Assembly: GCA_943704425.1 (NCBI GenBank)
Contig: CALSCP010001260.1
Span: 15,862 to 71,916 of the forward strand
Direction of reading: 5' to 3'
DNA: 56,055 bases
From: Ministeria vibrans ATCC 50519
Lineage: Eukaryota > Protista > Filasterea
Below are positions 26,041-36,990 of this stretch, piece after piece. Under the pieces are notes generated by a model. The model did no database searches. It had not been told where the DNA came from and was given only the letters and a program-made list of their open reading frames with translations. Numbering within the stretch: the stretch's first letter is position 1; every line of letters starts with the position of its first letter. The translations under genes and the position numbers were made by a program.

Positions 26041-27361
26041 ATGAGCTGCCTGAACTCCCTGCCGGATGAACTGGTCGTGGGAGTGCTTGCGTATCTACCG
26101 CTGGAGGACTTGATGCAGGTGCGGGCGGTCTCTCGGCGATTTCGTGCGGTGGCTAGCGACTCATTGCTTTGGCGGCGCGTTCGCATTGTCGCCATTGACG
26201 CAACGCGCTATCCCGACGGCTGGAGGGCGGTCGCGGAACAGTGCTGTCGAGCGCAGACACAACACTTGTCGTTTGAGGCACACGATCTCACGCCTGCGAC
26301 ACTCGAGCCGTTCTTGAGCGAATCGTTGCGCACGCTTGACGTGCGCCGTTGCCAGGCCATCACGGACGAAGCCCTCTTTCTCATTGGCGCACACTGTCCT
26401 CAACTGGACGAACTCAACTTGGAGTGGACCAACGTGAGCGATCCGGACGCTCTTTTGCTTGTACCGCCGCTGCGTCGTCTCACACTGCGAAACTGCGATG
26501 AACTGAAGCACGGGCGACGACTGTGTGAGAATCTGATACGCCATCACGCCGCACGGCTCACCCATCTCGACTTGATGTGCGTGACTCGCTACGACGAGAT
26601 CTCTGACGACGACGTAGTACAGCTTGTTGGGGCGTGCACTGGGCTTCGGGGGCTCATGCTTGACGGTGACGGTCTCACCGACGTGTCACTCTGCGCCATT
26701 GCCTCCCTCTTGCCCCAACTCACGGATCTCCGCGTGAGCTTTTGCTCGGAATTTAGCAATGCTGGAATTAATACACTTGCGCAACAATCAGAGCAGCAGC
26801 TACGGCGGCTTCAGCTGCGCAAGTGCACCTTACTGAACTCGCTGTCGCTCTCCCGACTGCTCTATGCCAACGCAAGTGTGGGTGCCCTGCGCTATCTTGA
26901 CCTGGCCGAGTGCGAGCTGTTTGACGACGAAGGGTGCGAGGCAATTGCTTTCGCGTGTCCGCAGCTGACGTGCTGCATTCTTTCGTGGTGCACGGTACGA
27001 CGTGTATTTAGAAGACTATGAAAGCACATTCTCATCAAGTGCACACATGATGTAGGAAGTGACGGACAAGGGACTGGGTGTGGTCGTAACGCGGTGTGCT
27101 GCACTGGATCACATTGACGTGACCGGACTGAAGCGCATTAGCGACGCATCGATTAGCTTGACGGTCGTGCATCTCAAGTGCTTGCGGTTCCTGTCGTGTC
27201 AGTCGTGCAATGCTGTCACAAACGCTGCGCTGGAACGAGTGGCAGCGCACTTTGAAGGGTCGACAGTAATCGAGTACTACGGCGAGGATGTGTTGTGTGG
27301 GACCTTGTCCTACTTGGGCCGTGTTTACTGGGACTTTGACGAGGAGGAGTACAAGAAATAA
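26041..27361 (+). CDS. F-box/LRR (FBXL) protein, 2 exons
   Basis: F-box LNSLPDELVVGVLAYL...DL..V..VSRRF..VA.D..LW followed by cysteine-containing LRRs; intron at ~26994-27056. Confidence 0.9.
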
Positions 27362-27651
27362 CCGTGGAATTGTATATAATAATTATTTTACTGTAATAAT
27401 AATAATAAAAATTGTGTAAAAATTAGAAGAAAAAGAATCAACGCAACTCATTTATGAATGATACATTAATATAAATTAGATTATTAGAAGAAGAAGAATA
27501 CAACCGTCAACCCATTTATAATGATACATTGATAAAAATTAAAAATTTAATGGATCTTCTGATTTAATAAAAATAATAATAATAATAATAATAAAATAAA
27601 ATAAAAATAATAAAAATAAAAAAAAGTTGTCAGAAAAGGCAAAAAAAAATG

Positions 27652-27746
27652 TGACGACTGTGGGATTCGAACCCACGCCCACGAATGGATCACGATACTC
27701 AAGATATTCCTGAACGTGACGCCTTAGACCGCTCGGCCAAATCGTC
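27652..27746 (-). tRNA. tRNA-Leu(CAG) with 13-nt intron
   Basis: Reverse complement GACGATT TGGCCGAGCGGTCTAAGGCG TCACG TT CAG G [AATATCTTGAGTA] T CGTGA TCCATTCGTGGGC GTGGGTTCGAATCCCAC AGTCGTC A. Long variable arm, intron at the canonical 37/38 position, followed by a T-run Pol III terminator. Confidence 0.93.
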
Positions 27747-28210
27747 GTTTTATGTTGACCTGCGAACAGGCCGATGGAATAGTTGGGCCAAAATGTGCTA
27801 TTCAATTCTATTTTGGTTTGAATATTATATTTACTCGTAAACTTACCGGTAGTCAAGTATACTGAGTACACTCCTAATGCTTGCAGTAAAAGTGGTTAGT
27901 GCTAAGCGCACACTAACGAATAAGGTTGGCGGAATCGTGTTTCACTTGAATGACTCTCTCAAGTGTCGACTCACTCGACTCAGAGCCAGTCGAGTGGGTC
28001 GACTGTACACTGTACAGACTACAGACTCAGACTGTACTCACTGTACTAGTGTGCTTCTATTTAGTATTCTGAGTATTTCTCTTAGGAAACGTCATATCGA
28101 TTATCGAATTATCAATCCAAGATTACACGAGGGTTCACACAACTCCTCGTAATGAATAACTAATGATTAATGCCAATTTAGTATTAATTGTTCGCCCCTT
28201 CTCTCTGACG

Positions 28211-29742
28211 ATGCGCATCTGTCTCTTTGGGCTTGGATATATTGGCACTGTCAATGCCGCGTGTCTGGCGGGTCCGCTGGGCCACACTGTGGTCGGGGTG
28301 GACGTAAGCGCTTCGCGTGTTAGCACCATTAATGCAGGCCGCTCGCCGTTTGCATTTGAGGCGCGGACCGATGAGCTCATTGCCGCGGCAGTGAAGGAGG
28401 GTCGCTTGCGCGCCACGACAGACCCCCTTGAGGCCCTTAGCGACCCCGATCTAGACGTGATCATAGTCTGTGTTTCGGCACCTCCTCGACATCCCCTTGG
28501 CTACACCGTGGCGCTCTCGCCGTCGCCCATTGACACATCGTGTCTGGAGGATACTATTCGATCGATCCGTCGGGGACTTGTCGCTCGTCTTGACACCACC
28601 AAAGACTCAGCCAAATTGCCCATTCCCGTCTTAAATCGCTGCACCTGCGCCCCCAACGACCACGCAAGACTAACCCAGCTGCTGTTGCGCGAACCCGTCG
28701 ACGATTCCACCCCGACCGACGTCGACCCAGTGCCCCTGACCGCCTACGTTTGCCATCCCGAGTTTCTTCGCGAGGGCAATTCCGTCTCTGATTTCCTCGA
28801 CGCCCCACGGCTTGTCTTTGGCTACGATCAAGGCGCACCGGCCGTGCTACACACGCGCGACGTCTGCGTGTCCCTTTCTGCTGGGTTACCTGGTGAGATC
28901 AGCCTCCTACAGATTCACCCCACCGTCAATGCTGTGTTTTGTAACATGCTCCAATTGTGCTTGGTTGAGTAGGTCAACAGTTCTTCATGTCCATTGGCGA
29001 CGCATCCGTTGTAAAGCTCGCCGACAATTGGTTTCATGCACTCAAAGTGACATTTGCCAACGAGGTGGGTGGCATTTGCCACGCGTGGAGACTCAATGGG
29101 GCTCGTGTGATGGAGTGTCTTGCAGCCGACCCCGTCCTCAACTGTTCCCGTGCCTACTTGCGTCCCGGTCTGCCCTTTGGTGGGAGCTGTCTGCCAAAGG
29201 ACGTTGCGTGTATGCGTGACGCTGTGTGTGTCGGTGATGAGAGTGGAGAGGCGGCGGCGACAGGGGCGGCGCTCCAACCTCCTCGCTTTCTGCTGACCGG
29301 TGTGGTGGACTCTAACCAGGCGCAGATGCGTCGTATTGTGGTGCGTGCGGGCGCGTCGCTCTCTGCCGAACGCCCTCGCATGCTTTTTGTCGGTATTGCC
29401 TTCAAGTGTGGCACTTCCGACTTGCGTGGCAGTCCGCTCGTCGAACTTGCCCTTGAAACCCTCGCCGCCTACCCTCACGCACGTCTGGCGCTCTTCGACG
29501 CGTGTGTTGCGCCCGCCGAGCTTCCCGCTGCGCTTAGCAGCGACTCGGAACGGGTCACGTACCACACATCCATTAACGACATGCCTGAAGATGGCGCCGT
29601 GGCTCTTATTGGCCACAAGCTCTCGCACAACGACGCCCTGGCACTAGTCTCTCGTCTTGCCCACTGTCGTCTCGTTCTCGACTTTGTCAATCAGCGCGAG
29701 CTGCACGACCTTGACGGCTACGACGGCGCCTACTGGAATTGA
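28211..29742 (+). CDS. algD: GDP-mannose 6-dehydrogenase-like (AlgD subfamily of UDP-glucose/GDP-mannose dehydrogenases); exons 28211-28892, 28973-29742
   Basis: MRICLFGLGYIG.V.A.CL...GH.VVGVDVS......IN.G.SP, PEFLREG, K...N.FHALKVTFANE.G, D..LN.SR.YLRPG..FGGSCLPKDV, AFK.GTSDLR.SP.VELA, C-terminal G..W. Confidence 0.85.
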
Positions 29743-29842
29743 ACGCTATAACTGTTTACATACCAAATGACTGTAAGAGGCCTTTTCATTCTGAGTACAC
29801 TTGCAAGTGAGTTTCATTGGGACATAAAAATTAAGACTGCAT

Positions 29843-30046
29843 TTTTGATCATGTGTTCTCCCGCTGTGAGCTATGGAGAAGGAAACTATACTGTAGTCAT
29901 TCACTCACTCAATGCAGCTAAGTAGGCAAGTAATACGAAGTGAAACATTTGATCATGTTCTTCCGGTGTACGTCACTGAAGAAGGAAACTGTGTGTAAAA
30001 CTGACTATAAACGCTGTAGTCATTCAGTCACTGTCTGTCGCTAAGT
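29843..30046. repeat. Degenerate direct duplication (~105 bp period) upstream of the small coiled-coil gene
   Basis: ttgatcatgt...gaaggaaact...ctgtagtcattca.tcact...gctaagt occurs twice. Confidence 0.65.
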
Positions 30047-30140
30047 CAAAGACTAAAGATATTATTAAGATAAAAGATCAATATTTTTGAAAATTGAATC
30101 ATAGTTTCTTCAACCCCTCTGCCATAGTATCTTAGTCAAC

Positions 30141-30494
30141 ATGTCCGATCATACTGAAGCAGTGCAGGCACGCCGGGAGGAGATGGACAGTCAGGAGGCG
30201 ACTCGCAAAGAGACAATCGTCGCGGAGCAGTCACAAAAACTCGAGGCGGCCGCTGAGCGCAAGAAGGAGGCGTTGGCAGCGACCGCTGATCAGGCAACCG
30301 TTGGCCATGCGGACGCGGTTGCGGCACGTCACGCAGCGTTGGATGCTGACAAGTGCGAGAAAAATCGAAAAACACTCGAAGTCGAAGAACAACGACAGAA
30401 GGCGGCGGCGAAGCTGAAGAAGAGTGCAGACGATGCAAAGGCAGCGCAGGCGGCGGCGGCCGACCATTCGGAGCGCGTACATTCAGGGCACTAG
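30141..30494 (+). CDS. Small charged helical protein, stathmin-like
   Basis: 117-aa Ala/Glu/Lys-rich ORF; QKLEAAAERKK resembles stathmin KKLEAAEERRK; internal repeats ending in H..AV/RV. Confidence 0.55.
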   Translation: MSDHTEAVQARREEMDSQEATRKETIVAEQSQKLEAAAERKKEALAATADQATVGHADAVAARHAALDADKCEKNRKTLEVEEQRQKAAAKLKKSADDAKAAQAAAADHSERVHSGH

Positions 30495-30713
30495 TCGAAG
30501 TGCGAACTTTTCTGTTTACTTACTATACTATACATCATTACTTTCCAATCATCTTACGAGAATTAAAAAAAAAAAAAAACTTCGCTCTCTCAGTTCGCTG
30601 TTGATAACAACAGTCAGGAAGGAAGCCCCTTTTTTGGTGTGTGTTTCACATAATTATTTGATGATGGAAGAAATGATAAAAATGCGATCGCGCTTTATCC
30701 TCTCTCTCTCTCT

Positions 30714-31568
30714 TCACTCTTTCACTCCACACCCCCATCGGTACAAGTATATATCTCCGCTGTTGACCATTCCCGCAGTCCAGTCCTTCCAAATACGCCC
30801 CACAAGCGTAGACTGAAATGTGTTGGCAGGGTCCAGCTCTTGCAGTCGATGCCGCAGCTCAACCGCAGTCAGACATTCTTCGCCCTCACGGAAGGCCCGC
30901 CGGTCGGGACCCAGTGCGAGGACCAGCAGCTCAGTCATGCGCGTCTTGCTGCGATCTGCTGTGGTGAATGCTTTGGTGTCTTTGAGTGCGCTTGTGATGA
31001 GTAGGCGCGCATAGGCACCCCGTTGAGCGGGAGGCACTGCTGGAGTGCGCCGAGTGGGCAGTGATGGTGTGAGGTCCTCGTCGGGCTCAATGAACACGCC
31101 ACTGTTGCAGAAGTCGCAGAACACCAACGCATTGCCACCCAGCCAGAACACGTCTTCCTGGAGGATCGTATTGAGATTGCGTAGAGTCAGGCGCGACAGA
31201 CGACCGCTCACTGTCGCGCGTGCGTCACTCAGCAACAGCCCGCCAGCGCCATCCTCTGCTCCATGTCCAATCAGATGCACAATCAACAGCGATTCCTGTC
31301 CAGCAATCGATCCTGCTCTCATTGCCAGTTGATGCATGGCGTCCACAATCTGACTCCGGACCACCCGATCGCCTTTCTTCCAGTCCACCACACTCTCCAC
31401 ATCGCACCCTCGCGCCTTCCACACATCCTGGAGTAGTCGAGCACTCTCACGCACGCCTCGCAAGTCATTATAGTTCTGAAGCGCAGTGTTGCCCGACGAC
31501 TGGTAGCGACTCACTCCCACGATCAGCACAGACACATGCGAGTAGATGCCAGGAACTAACAAGAAAAC

Positions 31569-31601
<33 letters not shown>

Positions 31602-34600
31602 TATAATAGTGAATGTCAGAAAGAAAAAAATTAACTAACCGTTCCGTTTCACCCACCACTTGTGAAGATTTAGATTGCACACCAGAGCCTGCCCAGTGCG
31701 ACGCACAAGCTCTGCTCTCACCACGTCTCCGTCTCGGTATCGCTCAGGGTGTTTGGCGACACTTTCGGGAAGGAAGAGTGGACGGAATGCGTCGGTGGGG
31801 TGTGCGGGTACCACCACAGCAGAGCCGCGCCAACCCCACCGCAGAGTGCGCGTCGACTCACACACAGTCTCGGCCAACTTCGTCCACGTCGCCCCGCACC
31901 TGCCTGGCGCCTCACTCAGCAATTCCACACGAATGAACCGCTCGTTGCTGCTGAGTCGAAGTCGCACAGGGACACATCCGTCCATGGCAAGTGCATTGGT
32001 GCATCGTTGAGTCGCTTCGATGGGACTGTCAGGCGGACATGCGCGCCACAGTGCCACCACCACCAGATGAAATGTGGCGAGGGACACGGGAAGCACCTCC
32101 CAGTCGCCGGCGGCACTGCTTATCATCTGGTAGAGGAACAGAACAGCAGGGGCGGGCGAGGCGCTGGAGGAGAAGGAAGCGTCGTCGGGCAGCAGCATGG
32201 GCACCAACAGCAAGTCCCCGTGACGCCTCGCCAGACTCAGGTGCTCCAGACACTCCATGAACGTGCCAACGTCACCCACATCACCGCCACAGAGTAGGGG
32301 GTCCTCGCTGTCTTTGGCTGCCGTCCACACGAGCCACTCCGCCGCTTCGAGGGGAAATCCCGCCGCAGACGTTGTGCGCGACTCGTCCAGTCTTTGTAGG
32401 ATTTTCTCTGTGCGGGTCAGATCGGAAGCACGACCCGCCTCGACGACTTTCTTGAGCATGTCCAGGGCGCGGGTGCTTGACGCCTGTCCCCATTGCGCCA
32501 TCACCACCGAGCAGAGCAGTTCTAGCGCCGCAATCAGATGAGGGATGTCAAAGACGACCGTGTCCGTCTCGCGCACATCTTGAGACGTCGCGTTCTCACG
32601 GCACACCACAATGTCCGCGGCGGACTCCAGATAGGGTACCAATTCAGTGCGAATCATTGAGTCGTCCAAAACCAACGAAGAGAGAGTGATGCGAGGGTCG
32701 TCGTTGAGAACGAGTGAGCCCAGATCTGACACGCGCGACATGAGAGCAATCTTCTTCTCTCGTGCGCGGCGCCCAATCAAGTCTTGCGCACACACATACT
32801 CCATGGGTAGAGTACGCGGGCGCACAGCATCATGCATCGCCTTTGAAAGTTGTCCTAGTCCAATCCTTTTCTTGCTGCCAACTGCAAAGAACGCGAGGGG
32901 GGTGGGGGCGCTTGGTCGCATGAGGTGATTACCCAAGACCACGCCGACAAGCCGGAAGATCGCATCTGAGACTCTCTGGAGGAGAGCGGCTGGGGCTGTG
33001 TCGTTGGGAAAAGTGTCGAGGTGGGTGGCGACGATGATGACTTTGAAGTAGGAGTGCTTTGTGTCGGGGACTTGGTGCATGATCATGTGCGCCCACTTGG
33101 AAATGTGCTCGTACTGGCGCTGGGCGGTCGTTGGGTCAGACATGGCGAAGAGATCAAAGACGATGAGGTAGAGGGACTCGGAGCCCATGAAAAGGGCCGG
33201 GAGGGAGTCAAACATCGCTTCGCCTGAGAGGGAGAACATGAAGAGTTGAGCACAAGGTAAAGAAAAAGAAAATGAGAGTATAAGGGAAAGAAACCAAAAG
33301 TAGAGAGACATCAAGGGAGGATAGAAAAGGGACAAAGATACAGAGAAAGTTCAAGGTTCAAGACTCGGAGAGCGAGAGAAATAGTGTGCGCGTGCTTAGT
33401 GTATCGTTAGTGTGTGTGCTTAGTGTGACTAGTGTGTGAGTTTAGTGTGTATGTGTGTTAAGTGTGCGTGTGTGCTTAGTGTGTGTGAGTGTGCTTAGTG
33501 CTTAGTGCGTTGAGTGTGCGCTTAGTGTGCGGGTGTGCTTAGTGTGCGGGTGTGCTGTGTGCATAGTGTGTGTGTGTTTAGCGTGTGTGAGTGTGTCCAA
33601 GTGCGTACGCTTAGTGCTTAGTGCGTGTGCTCAGTATGCTTAGTGTGTGCATGTGCATGGGAAGAGGTACAGACCAGAAAACAGCAAAAAGAAAGTCAAA
33701 GATGAAAAAAAAATACGCATACCGGCAAAGTCAAAGGTCTCAAGGTCGATGTGGCCCTCGCGCAAGTCAGACTTGAGAAGAGTAAGAACGGTTTGCATAG
33801 TGGCGCTGATGATATGCGGCTGCGTGGGTGTCTCTTTTTCCATGAGAGAGGGAGTCGGGACTCGGATGTGCGGTGAGCAGCGCGTAGCAGGCGGGTTTGA
33901 CGATGAGGAGGGGGATGCCGAACGTGTTGCTTGTGGAGCGGGTGTCAGGGAGTTATTGTCCTGTGCGACAGCCGCATCAGTCACTCCGCTCTCCTCCGGC
34001 ACTGAGATGAGACTTGCTACGTGAAACTCGTCCTGGGGCACTGACTTGAAAAGACCTGTACGGCCATCGAAGGTCATGCGTAGTCGCTTCATGCGGGTCG
34101 CCACTGAGCGATCCATTAGGTTGGGGAGAGAGTTACCCTGCAGGGCCGCAAACAGAGCAGTCTTGCCGGCAAGGACAGCACCCAGAGAGAGTAATTTGAT
34201 TGAGCGGTGATGAACAGAGCCACGCTGGAGAGCAGCATGAAATGCACATTGATACGGGTCTATTATCACAGGTTAAGTCAAAAACAATTCAGGCTTAAAT
34301 TCAGGACCTTTCGCGGCTTCGAACTGCACAAAAAACGCCTTTGAAGCTTTCTTCCATTGCGCGCGGTCTGCAATCCACAACGTCATGACAAAGCAATCGA
34401 CACAACCCTACTTACCAACTAGAAAAGGTTCATTTGCGCATTGTGAGTGTTTTTCAAACTTACCAACTAAGAAAATGCAAAGAACATCACAAGAGTGCAA
34501 ACCACAGTCCAAATCAGTCACTCACAATTTCTCACTATTCACAAACTTACCAACTACGACAATGCAAAGAACATCACAAGAATGCAAATCACAATCCAAA

Positions 34601-36990
34601 TCAGTCACTCACAATTTCTCACTATTCACAAAACTTACCCCCTAAGACAATGCAAAGAACATCACAAGAATGCAAATCACAGTTCAAATCAGTCACTCAC
34701 AATTTCTCACTATTCACAAACTTACCAACTAAGACAATGCGAAGAACATCACAAGAGTGCAAAACACAGTCCAAATCAGTCACTCACAATTTTTCACTAT
34801 TCACAAAACTTACATTCTAAGACAATGCAAAGAACATCACAAGAGTGCAAACCACAGTCCAAATCAGTCACTCACAATTTCTCACTATTCACAAAACTTA
34901 CCAACTACGACAATGCAAAGAACATCACAAGAATGCAAATCATAGTCCAAATCAGTCACTCACGATTTCTCACTATTCACAAAACTTACATTCTAAGACA
35001 ATGCAAAGAACATCACAAGAATGCAAATCACAGTCCAAATCAGTCACTCACAATTTCTCACTATTCACAAAACTTACCACCTAAGAAAGACAATGCAAAG
35101 AACATCACAAGAGTGCAAATCACAGGCCAAATCAGTCACTCACAATTTCTCACTATTCACAAAACTTACCCTCTTAGACAATGCAAAGAACATCACAAGA
35201 GTGCAAACCACAGTCCAAATCAGTCACTCACAATTCCTCACTAATCACAAAACTTACTCGCTAAGACAATGCAAAGAACATCACAAGAGTGCAAATCACA
35301 GTCCAAATCAGTCACTCACAATTCCTCACTAATCACAAAACTTACTCGCTAAGACAATGCAAAGAACATCACAAGAGTGCAAACCACAGTCCAAATCAGT
35401 CACTCACAATTTCTCACTATTCACAAAACTTACTCCCTAAGACAATGCAAAGAACATCACAAGAGTGCAAATCACAGTCCAAATCAGTCACTCACAATTT
35501 CTCACTATTCAAAAAACTTACATTCTAAGACAATGCAAAAAACATCACAAGAGTGCAAATCACAGTCCAAATCAGTCACTCACAATTTCTCACTATTCAC
35601 AAAACTTACCACCTAAGAAAGACAATGCAAAGAACATCACAAGAGTGCAAACCACAGGCCAAATCAGTCACTCACAATTTCTCACTATTCACAAAACTTA
35701 CTCCCTAAGACAATGCAAAGAACATCACAAGAGTGCAAACCACAGTCCAAATCAGTCACTCACAATTTCTCACTATTCACAAAACTTACCAACTAAGACA
35801 ATGCAAAGAACATCACAAGAGTGCAAATCACAGTCCAAATCAGTCANNNNNNNNNNNNNNNNNNNNNNNNNNNNCTCCCTAAGACAATGCAAAGAACATC
35901 ACAAGAGTGCAAACCACAGTCCAAATCAGTCACTCACAATTTCTCACTATTCACAAAACTTACTCCCTAAGACAATGCAAAGAACATCACAAGAGTGCAA
36001 ATCACAGTCCAAATCAGTCACTCACGATTCCTCACTATTCACAAAACTTACCAACTAAGACAATGCAAAGAACATCACAAGAGTGCAAATCACAGTCCAA
36101 ATCAGTCACTCACAATTTCTCACTATTCACAAAACTTACTCCCTAAGACAATGCAAAGAACATCACAAGAGTGCAAACCACAGGCCAAATCAGTCACTCA
36201 CAATTTCTCACTATTCACAAAACTTACCAACTAAGGCAATGCAAAGAACATCACAAGAGTGCAAATCACATTCCAAATCAGTCACTCACAATTTCTCACT
36301 ATTCACAAAACTTACTCCCTAACATAACGAGCCAGAGTAGCGAATCAATACAAACTCGTGTCAGGTATACAGTCAAATAGCCCATATATCAACATAGAGA
36401 ATCTTACAGTCTACAGAGAGGTCAGGTCGTTAGAGAATTTCAAACGAGCATTTCCTCTTACAAACTGCAAACCACACAACGCCACCGATTCAAGCAAAAT
36501 AAAAATACGTTAGAACAGAACACTATCCATGATCAAGCAAGTCACGAACCTCCTACAGACAAGTTTATTGTTTTAGTTCGCGTCGACCAAACCAAACCGA
36601 CTTTCGCTTTACTGGCACAGAGATTGTTGAGAGACGGCGCGAATCCCTTATTCCCTTTATACGTAATTTCCTCCAGGTGGTCTCGCAACTGCAGAATGGC
36701 TGTTGGGAGCGTCCTGAGCTGGCAATTCCCGACGTCAAGCAACTTCGTCCCGAAAAACAGTCGACCCGTGAGAACCACTCGCCTTTCTCCCCCCTTTCCC
36801 ATACCTTAAGCTTCTTGAACTCTCCGATCCAGTCGGGAAGCACGCGAAGCGGGTTGCCTGTCAGCAGCAATTCCTGTAGAGTATCGGCAAGAACACGAAT
36901 TTCGTCTGAGAGAGAAGTGAGCCCCATCTCCCTCAGGTTTAAGGAATGGGACATTTGGGCTTCATGAATGCGTTCCTGTATAGAAGGCAT
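30714..36990 (-). CDS. Roco-family protein: LRR - microexon-encoded linker - Roc GTPase - COR-like - caspase-like (peptidase C14) domain
   Basis: Exons 36990-36805 and 36742-36602 encode LRRs; ~26 3-nt exons follow. A short exon (34323- or 34367-34308) leads to 34259-33723 (IKLLSLG...AGKT P-loop ... ETFDFAG|), then 33223-31640 (SLYLIVFDL, IIVATHLD, COR-like), then 31555-30714 (VLIVGVSRY, IVHLIGHG, VFCDFCNSG His-Cys dyad). All joins are GT-AG and frame-consistent. Confidence 0.85.
33385..33655. repeat. Degenerate (GT-rich, cttagtgtg) minisatellite within a Roco intron
   Basis: Repeated gcttagtgtg/ttagtgtg units interspersed with (gt)n. Confidence 0.75.
34455..36320 (-). repeat. Tandem array of ~88-bp units (at least 21; assembly gap 35847-35874); each unit is an ~85-nt intron plus a 3-nt exon
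   Basis: Minus-strand unit: gtaagttttgtgaatagtgagaaattgtgagtgactgatttggactgtg(a/g)tttgcactcttgtgatgttctttgcattgtcttag|NNN|. The triplet varies (TTG, GGA, AAT, GTG, CGA, GGG, AGG); the rest is nearly invariant. Confidence 0.92.

Noticed and set aside
20474-29742. Bacterial contamination or a prokaryotic operon explaining the bacterial-like enzymes
   Set aside because: The genes are interleaved with intron-containing eukaryotic genes, and the dehydrogenase itself has a spliceosomal intron.
34455-36320. CRISPR array, or plus-strand repetitive ORFs (MQRTSQECK..., MQITVQISHSQ...)
   Set aside because: No unique spacers, no cas genes and a eukaryotic context. The plus-strand ORFs are frame-rotating by-products of an 88-bp period, while the minus-strand splice signals explain the unit.
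36411-36464. Conventional exon FVRGNARLKFSNDLTSL in the Roco gene
   Set aside because: It runs into a stop in every frame before the next strong donor. Reading TTT and ACT as 3-nt exons with GTAAGA donors fits better.
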